Positions 56,099 to 64,000 of a stretch of 64,000 nucleotides of DNA are shown here, piece by piece. Numbering within the stretch: the stretch's first letter is position 1; each line of letters opens with the position of its first letter. Origin of the DNA: Oscillospiraceae bacterium (GTDB lineage Bacteria > Bacillota > Clostridia > Oscillospirales > Ruminococcaceae); NCBI GenBank assembly GCA_045544715.1, contig JAZPZN010000108.1, positions 8,163 to 72,162 of the forward strand, given 5' to 3'. A model generated the notes under the pieces. It was given only the letters and a program-made list of their open reading frames with translations, ran no database searches and was not told where the DNA came from. The position numbers were made by a program, and so were the translations under genes.

Positions 56099-58592
56099 AC
56101 CAGTTCTTTCCCTCCTTTGCGTCAACCGTAAGAGGTACTGAGAGCTTTACAGCATTCTCCATCTCGCTGCGGAGTATCTCGGTCGCCTTTGCGCTGTCTG
56201 CCTCGGGTACTTCAACGATAAGCTCATCGTGTACTTGAAGTATCAGTCTTGCGGAAGGGAGCTCCTCTTTAAGGCGTTTATACACCTTTACCATTGCTAT
56301 CTTGATGATATCGGCGGCAGTGCCCTGAATGGGAGTATTCATAGCAATGCGCTTTCCCAAAGCCTTTACGACCTTGTTTGCCGCCAGCATTTCGGGAATA
56401 AATCTGCGCCTGCCAAACATCGTCACCGCATACCCATCCTCCTCTGCACTGTCGGTGATGTGAGCCATGTATTCCTTAACTCCCGAGAAGGTGCTGAGAT
56501 AGCTGTCAATATATCGCTTCGCCTCTGCGACAGAGGTACCTATATCCTTTGCCAGCGAGAACGCTCCGATGCCGTACACGATACCGAAGTTTACCGCCTT
56601 TGCACTGCGGCGCATATCCTCATCCACCCACTCTAGTGGCTGACCAAACACGCTTGCCGCCGTCTGGGCATGGATGTCTCCGCCGCTCTTAAATATCTCT
56701 ATCATCGTCTTGTCATCTGCGAGGTGTGCGAGCACTCTCAGCTCTATCTGACTGTAGTCGGCATCCACCAGCACCATTCCCTCGGAGGCGGTGAAGAATT
56801 TGCGGAAGTTCCTGCCAAGCTCTGTCCTTACGGGAATGTTCTGGATATTCGGCTCAGCAGAGGATATTCTACCCGTGCGAGTTTCCGTCTGCTTAAAAGT
56901 AGTGTGCATTTTTTTATCTTCGGAAACTGCACTTTCCAAGCCCTTGATGTAGGTGTTATACAGCTTTGTCATAGTGCGATATTCAAATATCAGCGGAATT
57001 ATCGGGTGCAAATCCCTGAGCGCCTCCAGCGTATCCGCATTGGTAGAGTAGCCGCCCGATTTGCTCTTTTTGCCTGCGGGAAGTCCCAGCTCCTCAAAAA
57101 GCACAACGCTTAGCTGTTTTGGAGAGCCGATATTGAACTGTCTGCCCGCCTGCGCATATATCTCCTGCTCGATAGAGGCTATCTGCGGAAGGAGTGTTTC
57201 GCCAAACTCATGGAGCGCCGTCAAATCCATCGCTATTCCGTATATCTCCATAGAGGACAGCACCTCTGCAAGAGGTATCTCTATCTCGGAGAGTATCTTG
57301 TACATACCCTCCTCGCATAGCTTTGAAAAAAGGATAATATTAAGCTCCAGAAGCGTCTGACCGATCGCTTCTGCCTTATAGGATACACCGTACTCTGCGC
57401 AAAGCCTCTCCACGCTGTAGTCGTTGGAGTTTACATTAAGGAGATATGCGGCAAGGGTGGTGTCGAAAACGACATTCTTGAGCTGTATTCCGTTCTTGAT
57501 ACAATGATAATACAGAGCCTTTGCATTAACAGTGCGCTTAGGAGCATCGCTTTCCAAAAATGCCTTTATATCTCCCTCATAGGTCTCACTACCCTTGTAT
57601 GCGCTTACCGCATCTCCGTCAAGCACCACATCGTAGGCATTGATATCGAAATCCACCTTGTCGGGGATAACATTCCGTTTAGCAGGGGCTTTTTCAGCCT
57701 TTGCAGGTGTAGCGGATGCACCCTTTATTGGCACGGCATCAATGCCAAGCTTCTTCATGGTGGAAAACATCTCCATCTCGGTAAAAAGCTCTGCGGCTCT
57801 CTGCTTGTCGCCGCCCGAAACGGTGTATTTCTCCACATCCTCATCAACGGGAGCATATAGCTCTATCTCTCCCAACCTTCTGCTGAGCAGTGCGTTGTCC
57901 TTATCCGCTTCAAGCTTTGCACGCACGCCCTTTGTAACATCAATAAAGCCGATATTTGCATAGATATACTCGATGCTATGATACTTCTGAATAAGCGAAA
58001 GCGCAGTCTTTTCTCCGATACCCTTTACACCCGGAATATTGTCAGAGCTGTCGCCCATAAGCGCCTTTACCTCCAGCATCTCACGGGGAGTTACTCCATA
58101 CACCTCAGCTATCTTGGCGGTATCGTACATCACATCGCCCTTTGTAGAGGGATAGCGTACAGTTACCCGTTCACCAATAAGCTGAAAGCTGTCACGGTCG
58201 CCCGTCAATATAACGCAATCCATCCCCTTTTCAGCCGCCGCACGGGAGAGCGTACCGATGATGTCATCGGCTTCAAAGCCCTCTGTTTCCAGCACGGTAA
58301 CACCCATGGCTTTCAGCATTTCTCTTATAACAGGCATCTGCTGGATAAGCTCGTCGGGAGCTTTGTTTCGGGTGCCCTTATACTCCGCATACATCTTATG
58401 GCGGAATGTGGGAGCATCCATATCAAATGCTGCTACGACAAAGTCGGGCTTTTCCTCATTCATAACTCTGATATAGGTGCTCATAAAGCCCGTCAATGCA
58501 TTGGTGAAATGCCCTCTTTTATTACTTAGCAGCTTTATCGCATAAAATGCACGAAACAGGATATTGTTGCCGTCAATTGCGAGTAATTTCAT
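56085..58592 (-). CDS. polA: DNA polymerase I
   Basis: 5'-3' exonuclease IDGNN..FRAFYA, FEADDIIGT, TGDRD, LMGDSSDNIPGVKGIGEKTA; polymerase TRTGRISS.EPNIQNIP, ADYSQIELR, AKAVNFGIVYG, LQVHDEL; promoter TTGACT-18-TATAAT at 58662-58633. Confidence 0.97.
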   Translation of the reverse strand: MKLLAIDGNNILFRAFYAIKLLSNKRGHFTNALTGFMSTYIRVMNEEKPDFVVAAFDMDAPTFRHKMYAEYKGTRNKAPDELIQQMPVIREMLKAMGVTVLETEGFEADDIIGTLSRAAAEKGMDCVILTGDRDSFQLIGERVTVRYPSTKGDVMYDTAKIAEVYGVTPREMLEVKALMGDSSDNIPGVKGIGEKTALSLIQKYHSIEYIYANIGFIDVTKGVRAKLEADKDNALLSRRLGEIELYAPVDEDVEKYTVSGGDKQRAAELFTEMEMFSTMKKLGIDAVPIKGASATPAKAEKAPAKRNVIPDKVDFDINAYDVVLDGDAVSAYKGSETYEGDIKAFLESDAPKRTVNAKALYYHCIKNGIQLKNVVFDTTLAAYLLNVNSNDYSVERLCAEYGVSYKAEAIGQTLLELNIILFSKLCEEGMYKILSEIEIPLAEVLSSMEIYGIAMDLTALHEFGETLLPQIASIEQEIYAQAGRQFNIGSPKQLSVVLFEELGLPAGKKSKSGGYSTNADTLEALRDLHPIIPLIFEYRTMTKLYNTYIKGLESAVSEDKKMHTTFKQTETRTGRISSAEPNIQNIPVRTELGRNFRKFFTASEGMVLVDADYSQIELRVLAHLADDKTMIEIFKSGGDIHAQTAASVFGQPLEWVDEDMRRSAKAVNFGIVYGIGAFSLAKDIGTSVAEAKRYIDSYLSTFSGVKEYMAHITDSAEEDGYAVTMFGRRRFIPEMLAANKVVKALGKRIAMNTPIQGTAADIIKIAMVKVYKRLKEELPSARLILQVHDELIVEVPEADSAKATEILRSEMENAVKLSVPLTVDAKEGKNWYDAH

Positions 58593-58665
58593 ACTTTTTC
58601 CTCCAATAGGTTGCATTTATTCAACTGCTTTAATTATATCATTTCCTATATATAAAAGTCAATGC

Positions 58666-58697
58666 AAAAAAATATGGCGGACTGTCACCAACCCGCC
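58666..58697 (-). terminator. Intrinsic terminator after DUF2791 ATPase gene
   Basis: Minus strand GGCGG...CCGCC followed by ATATTTTTT. Confidence 0.6.
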
Positions 58698-58806
58698 CCA
58701 GACAAACGCTAAAGTGCCATCCACATCGTCACCCACTTGTCGGCAGGCACAAAGCCTAGCCGTCAATCAGCTTCCTTGTGTCCGGCACATTATCGCTTGT
58801 CAGATA

Positions 58807-60117
58807 TTATAGTTCAAAATCTTCAAAGCCTGCAATATCTCCGCCTTCACCCTCGCCCTCGGCAAAGGTAAAGCTGTCCTCACCCATAAGCTGAGCTATG
58901 CTCTTATCGGGATTTTGCAGTGCCATATTCAGCAGCTCGATATAGTCCCTTATCATCTCACGGGGAGTGATGTTAGTCTGTGCGCCCACACGCTCAAACT
59001 CCGCCTTGATGAAAAATATCCTGTCCTCAAGCGTTATACGGCTTTCATAGCCATAAAGCCCTGCATGTATCTCGGAGAGCTTTTCGGTCAGCACCGTCAT
59101 CTCCTCGTATGAAAGGGGCTGCAGCTTGATTATCGGCGCAAGCATATCATGGGTGTCGTCGGTCGCAAATCTGCCACGCTCAAGGCGAGAGCGAAGAGCC
59201 TCATAGCTGAATATACCTCTGCGATTATCCTCGATGCACTGCGGAGTGCCACCCATGATGATGCCGATATGCGAAGCCTTGCCCTGAAGCACATCGTTAT
59301 ACATCATCAGTATCTTTTCATAGTTGTTTTGACGGGTGACAGAGTGGGGTATCTTCATTATATTCACAAGCTCGTCTATCATCACCACAAGCCCCTTGTA
59401 GCCTGCACTCACAAGGAACGAGGTCAGCAGTTTGATATAATCGTACCAGTTCTCGTCATTGATAACAACATTGATGCCTAAGTCCTGCTTTGCCTCTGTT
59501 TTGGTGGAATACTCGCCCCTCAGCCACTTGATGACATAGCCCGTCTTAGCCTCATCTCCGCTTGTATATGCCTTGTGATAGGTGTTTATCACCTTAGCAA
59601 AATCAAAGCCATGTACCATATCCTCAAGGGAGCTTATCTTAGTGTATATCTTCCTTTCGACAGCGCTGTCGAAGAACGGGTTTTCGGGAGAAGTGCCCTC
59701 TGCAATCACATCGGTACGTATTCCCGTTATCCACTTTTCAAGGATCAACGAAAGCGCACCGCCGTCGGGCTTAGTCTTTACCGACATATTGCGCATAAGC
59801 TCACGATAAGTGGCAAGACCCTGTCCCTTGCTGCCCATAAGGCGGCGCTCGGGAGAAAGATCAGCGTCGATGACTACAAAGCCCCTGTCCATAACGTGCT
59901 GTCGCATAGTCTGGAGAAGAAAGCTCTTACCGCTGCCGTAACGTCCCACGATAAAGCGGAAGAATGCACCGCCATCCTCTGCGATATCCACATCGTGGAG
60001 CAGAGCGTTTATCTCGGCAGTTCTGCCCACCGCAATATAGCCAAGCCCCGTACGGGGAACTACACCGCCCTTGAGAGCATTGATTATGCCTGATGCTATC
60101 CTCTTTGGTACTACCAT
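58807..60117 (-). CDS. DUF2791/BREX-like P-loop ATPase (Shango SngB homolog)
   Basis: INALKGGVVPRTGL..IAVGR..E, FIVGRYGSGKSF (Walker A), DLSPERR, WLRGE, VMIDE (Walker B), YEALRSRL; start MVVPKRIAS at 60117. Confidence 0.82.
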   Translation of the reverse strand: MVVPKRIASGIINALKGGVVPRTGLGYIAVGRTAEINALLHDVDIAEDGGAFFRFIVGRYGSGKSFLLQTMRQHVMDRGFVVIDADLSPERRLMGSKGQGLATYRELMRNMSVKTKPDGGALSLILEKWITGIRTDVIAEGTSPENPFFDSAVERKIYTKISSLEDMVHGFDFAKVINTYHKAYTSGDEAKTGYVIKWLRGEYSTKTEAKQDLGINVVINDENWYDYIKLLTSFLVSAGYKGLVVMIDELVNIMKIPHSVTRQNNYEKILMMYNDVLQGKASHIGIIMGGTPQCIEDNRRGIFSYEALRSRLERGRFATDDTHDMLAPIIKLQPLSYEEMTVLTEKLSEIHAGLYGYESRITLEDRIFFIKAEFERVGAQTNITPREMIRDYIELLNMALQNPDKSIAQLMGEDSFTFAEGEGEGGDIAGFEDFEL

Positions 60118-60180
60118 TCTAAGCCCTCCTTCAGTTGTATATAGGCAGGAAGCTGAAGCCTCCCGCCCATAAGTCAAATA

Positions 60181-62004
60181 TTACACATAATACTGCGCCT
60201 GCGCAGCGAACATCTCGGCATAGATGCCATTCTGCTTATGCACAAGCTCATCGTGAGTACCAAGCTCCTTTATGGTGCCCTCGCTGAACACCGCTATCCT
60301 GTCGCAGAATTTACAGCTTGAAAGCCTGTGAGAAATATACACTGCAGTCTTACCGCCCACAAGCTCATTGAACTTGCAATATATCTCATACTCCGCAACG
60401 GGGTCAAGAGCCGCTGTCGGCTCGTCCAGAATAACAACGGAAGCGTCCTTGTAGAGAGCTCTAGCTATCGCCATCTTCTGCTGCTCACCGCCCGAGAGCT
60501 GAACTCCGTCACGATCAAACTGACGGAACATCATCGTATCTCTGCCCTTAGGGAGAGAATTTATCTTGCCGAGAAGCCCAACCTTATCGAACATCTCGTC
60601 TACTTTTTCAGTGCTGTCATCCTTTCCGAGAAGGATATTGTCCTGCGCACTGAATGCAAGCAGTCTGAAATCCTGAAAGACGACGGAAAACAGCTTCATG
60701 TACTCTTCATAGTCGTAATCACGGATATTGACACCGTCAAGCAGTATCTCACCCTCATCCACATCATAAAGACGGCAGAGCAACTTGATAAAGGTAGTTT
60801 TTCCTGCGCCGTTGAGCCCTACGACTGAAAGTCGTTCGCCCGCTTTAAGAGTGATAGAAACATCTCTGAGCACCTGTACCTTTGTATTAGGGTAGGAGAA
60901 GCTCACATTCCTGAACTCTATCTCATGGGGCTTAGAGAGGTCGTCTACCCTCTTGTCACCTTTTTCAAGCATCGGGGGATATTCCATCAGCTTTACTATC
61001 TCATAGCCGTAGTTACAGCGTTTTACGATATCCTGTGCGCCAAAAACAACTCCCTGTAACGAGCTGTTGAGAACTCCGCCTGAAGTTGTCAGCTGCGAGA
61101 ATACACCGATAGAGATATGACCGAGTATCGCCAGCGCACCGAGATAAAGATATGTGCCGAAATCCCTCAGCGCACCGATGATAACATCGATGATATCCAG
61201 CGGATAACGCTCGTCTGCCTTCTTTTTGAAGAACGCATTGAGCCGCTGCATCTGCTGCTCCGCCCTTGCCACAAGAGTTGCCGCTGCACCGTAAAGACGT
61301 ACATCCTTGCCGAAACGGAAATCCTCTATCTCGTGGGTGACATACCACAGCACACGGTTGATGTTTGCGAGGTCTCCGAAATACTTGACCTCAATCTTGT
61401 TCTTTTTTGCGTTGATAAACGTTGATACTGCCAACAGCACACCGATTATCAGCAGCAGCCACGGAGCGTTAATAGCAAGCACCGCAACCACACCGAATAT
61501 CTTGATGGCATTCTGAATTATCAGGAAGAATGCCTTTGCTATGCCGTGAATACCGCCTGACCAATCCTTGCCCTCTCTTGCCTTGTTTATCTGGTCAAGG
61601 CATTCCTTGTTTTCGGTAAGAGCGAAGTCGATGTTCATACAGCGGTCTGCTATCTGCTCTGCCTGAAAATTCAAGAACTTATCCTCATACTTTTCAAGGT
61701 GGATAGTTATCTGAGAGTTGATGAGCCCGATGATAACATCCAGACCCACCATCAGCGCAGCATAGGTGATTATAAGCTGCACATCACGCTGCTCAGCGCA
61801 CAAAGCGTCCACCAGCAATGGCAGCAGAAAGATATCCACGAACGGCAGAGCCGCCGCAATCACCACATTGAGCGCAGAAAGAATAAAATACGCCTTATCG
61901 AACCGCCACGCTATCGGGAAGAAATATTTCAGTGTTTTGAAAACTACTCCCTTCTGCTTAGCCTTTGCATGGTCGTTCTTGCTTACATTATTGATATCAG
62001 GCAT
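60181..62004 (-). CDS. ABC exporter, fused permease/ATPase
   Basis: TM domain; GLNGAGKTT, LSGGEQQK, ILDEPT, ISHRLSS; start overlaps upstream stop (ATGCCTGA). Confidence 0.92.
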   Translation of the reverse strand: MPDINNVSKNDHAKAKQKGVVFKTLKYFFPIAWRFDKAYFILSALNVVIAAALPFVDIFLLPLLVDALCAEQRDVQLIITYAALMVGLDVIIGLINSQITIHLEKYEDKFLNFQAEQIADRCMNIDFALTENKECLDQINKAREGKDWSGGIHGIAKAFFLIIQNAIKIFGVVAVLAINAPWLLLIIGVLLAVSTFINAKKNKIEVKYFGDLANINRVLWYVTHEIEDFRFGKDVRLYGAAATLVARAEQQMQRLNAFFKKKADERYPLDIIDVIIGALRDFGTYLYLGALAILGHISIGVFSQLTTSGGVLNSSLQGVVFGAQDIVKRCNYGYEIVKLMEYPPMLEKGDKRVDDLSKPHEIEFRNVSFSYPNTKVQVLRDVSITLKAGERLSVVGLNGAGKTTFIKLLCRLYDVDEGEILLDGVNIRDYDYEEYMKLFSVVFQDFRLLAFSAQDNILLGKDDSTEKVDEMFDKVGLLGKINSLPKGRDTMMFRQFDRDGVQLSGGEQQKMAIARALYKDASVVILDEPTAALDPVAEYEIYCKFNELVGGKTAVYISHRLSSCKFCDRIAVFSEGTIKELGTHDELVHKQNGIYAEMFAAQAQYYV

Positions 62005-63898
62005 GAACAACACCTCCCTCCGCATTTACAGAAACAGGTGTTTCACTGCCATCCTCCACATAATACTGCGCCTGCACTCTGAACATATCCGCATAGGCAC
62101 CGCCCCTTGCAAGCAGCTCGTCGTGAGTGCCATGCTCCACCATCTCGCCAGCTACGAACATCGCAATAGTGTCGCAGAAGCGTGTGGAGGAAAGTCGGTG
62201 AGAGATATACACAGCAGATTTCTCGCCTATCATGCCGTTGAAGCTCTGATAAAGGCGATATTCCGCAAGGGCATCCAGTGCTGCTGTAGGCTCGTCAAGC
62301 ACTACGACGGGAGAATTCTTATACAGTGCCCTAGCCAGTGCAAGCTTCTGCTTTTCGCCGCCCGAAAGGTCTACTCCGTCGTCGTACAGCACCTTTAACA
62401 GCTCGGTATCCATACCACTAGGGAGCTTATCCAGCTTGTCGCCCATACCCGCAGCACGGAGATACTCCTCCGCCTTTGCCTTGTCGGTATCCTCAGCGAC
62501 TGTCATAGAGATGTTCTCAGAAATAGGGAATGCGAACACCTCCACCTCCTGAAAGGCGGGAGCAAACAGCTTGAAATACTCATCTCTGTCAAACTCACGG
62601 ATATCGATGCCGTTACAGAGAATCCTGCCCTCCGTCACATCATAGAGCCTGAGGAGCAGCTTTATAAAGGTAGTTTTGCCTGCACCGTTAAGTCCTACTA
62701 CAGCAAGCCGCTGACCTGCCTCAAGAGTAAGGTTGAGATTTTTGAGCGCATAGGTATCCTGACCCTTGTATTTAAATGATACATTCTCAAATTTGAAAGT
62801 ATATCTGTCACTTTTCGGTATTGGAGTGGTCTTTTTGCCCTCGTCACCGAAGGAGATATCCATAAATGTACGGAAATCATCCATTCTCGATGAACGCTCT
62901 CTCATACCTCCGACGCTCTGCAAAAACGCATTTATGCTTGCAGACATGGTCACCGCACTGCCAACATACAGCGTAAAATCGCCTATGCTCATACCGTTGA
63001 ACAGCATATCATATATCATCCAACCGTAGATTATAACATTGCGCACCAGCGATATACCTGAGGAAAATGCACTGTTGTACTGCCAATAGGTACGGCTCTG
63101 CACCCAACGCTGAAGCTCCTCGGCATTTACCTCCTCGTGCTTTTTGTTGAGCCAGTTCTTCATGCCATAAAGGCGGATATCTTTAGCATAGGTGAAGTCT
63201 GTGGAAACGGTCTGCATATACTCCAGCCTGCGCCAGGTACCGGCCATTGCGTCCCACATTACTTCCTTGTCCTTTAAACGGATATAATCGAAATACTCAA
63301 ACTGTATAAGCGACAGCACAAGTATTATCACCACCAGCCACACATTTAATGTGGAGATGATACTGACAGCCGTAATAACAGCAGTGAACTGTATCATAAA
63401 CTGCCACATATCACGCATTAAGCCCTCAACACCGCCATACTGAAAGCCCGTAGCTCTCTTCGCCTTCTGCAGGCGGTCTAGCATATCCGGAGTTTCAAGC
63501 TGTTCATACTCCATACGCATCGACTTTGCAATACGCTCCTTTGTCAGCTTTAAGCGGGTAAAAGTAAAGCCAAGGTCTAAATTTTTCGTCACAAGCGTAT
63601 TAAGCCACATCATCAACAGCTCCACCGCCGTAGTGCCGATTATCAGATACAGCAGAGGCATTATATCCTTTTCAGGGAGTGCCGCCTGCTGCTCTATCAT
63701 ATCGATAACGAGCTTGCTTATGATAGTCCAGATGTAGGACATCGAAGCGCCCGTTATTCCGCCGAGTATCAGATAAAATATCATCGATTTGCGATATTTC
63801 AGATACGCACGGATGATGTACATGCAGTTGCTGATCACTCCATACTCGTGATGGAGCTCATCAGTCTGCTCTTTCTTTTTTGGTTTGTAAATAAACAT
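61997..63898 (-). CDS. ABC exporter, fused permease/ATPase (tandem paralog, likely heterodimer partner)
   Basis: TM domain; GLNGAGKTT, LSGGEKQK, VLDEPT, ISHRLSS. Confidence 0.92.
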   Translation of the reverse strand: MFIYKPKKKEQTDELHHEYGVISNCMYIIRAYLKYRKSMIFYLILGGITGASMSYIWTIISKLVIDMIEQQAALPEKDIMPLLYLIIGTTAVELLMMWLNTLVTKNLDLGFTFTRLKLTKERIAKSMRMEYEQLETPDMLDRLQKAKRATGFQYGGVEGLMRDMWQFMIQFTAVITAVSIISTLNVWLVVIILVLSLIQFEYFDYIRLKDKEVMWDAMAGTWRRLEYMQTVSTDFTYAKDIRLYGMKNWLNKKHEEVNAEELQRWVQSRTYWQYNSAFSSGISLVRNVIIYGWMIYDMLFNGMSIGDFTLYVGSAVTMSASINAFLQSVGGMRERSSRMDDFRTFMDISFGDEGKKTTPIPKSDRYTFKFENVSFKYKGQDTYALKNLNLTLEAGQRLAVVGLNGAGKTTFIKLLLRLYDVTEGRILCNGIDIREFDRDEYFKLFAPAFQEVEVFAFPISENISMTVAEDTDKAKAEEYLRAAGMGDKLDKLPSGMDTELLKVLYDDGVDLSGGEKQKLALARALYKNSPVVVLDEPTAALDALAEYRLYQSFNGMIGEKSAVYISHRLSSTRFCDTIAMFVAGEMVEHGTHDELLARGGAYADMFRVQAQYYVEDGSETPVSVNAEGGVVHA

Positions 63899-63937
63899 TT
63901 CTTTTCGTACCGTACAGACGGCAGGAAAACAAACGCC

Positions 63938-63971
63938 ATGCCTGACGGCATGAGATAATGTCGTCAGGCAT
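63938..63971. terminator. 14-bp hairpin upstream of ABC pair (terminator or leader structure)
   Basis: atgcctgacggcat-gagata-atgtcgtcaggcat. Confidence 0.5.
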
Positions 63972-64000
63972 TTGGAGCGATCAGATCTCTACATCAGCGC

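Noticed and set aside
58740-58790. GCCGGACACAAGGAAGC resembling SRP RNA helix 8
   Set aside because: Lacks the GNRA tetraloop and the symmetric loop pairing; match too weak.
1-64000. rRNA, tRNA, CRISPR arrays, transposases, integrases, prophage genes
   Set aside because: None recognised by eye; intergenic gaps are short and mostly explained by promoters and terminators. tRNAscan-SE/Infernal would be needed to exclude small RNAs formally.

Overview
Bacterial chromosomal window of moderate GC, most likely a Firmicutes/Clostridia gut or rumen organism (Ruminococcaceae/Oscillospiraceae-like; inferred from gene content, SigA-type promoters and a T-box). It is mostly housekeeping genes on the minus strand: murC, argS, ddl, recO, era, trmD, rimM, hisS, mgsA, minD, mrdA-mreDCB, a U32 hydroxylase, tadA, rlmB, pilT, rimI and polA, plus hpf and T-box-controlled proS on the plus strand. 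I saw no rRNA, tRNA, CRISPR array, integrase or transposase. The unusual items sit among the core genes: (1) a TrmD-ASCH fusion; (2) a tandem TIR-TIR gene inserted between era and recO; (3) a ~1000-aa membrane protein that looks like a catalytically dead P1B-type ATPase; (4) a 1180-aa fusion of a WcaJ-type priming transferase with an O-antigen-ligase-like domain, in a window that also has a Wzx flippase, two YfhO GT-C enzymes and PilT; (5) a ~3.2-kb accessory block between proS and rimI with an AT-rich secreted serine protease, an Arr-like ADP-ribosyltransferase coupled to an unknown acidic protein, and a 174-bp inverted-repeat element; (6) an orphan Shango SngB/DUF2791 ATPase; (7) a beta-propeller/Y_Y_Y sensor fused to HD-GYP; (8) a CobU homolog lacking its guanylylated His. 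All family calls come from motif recognition by eye; no searches were run.
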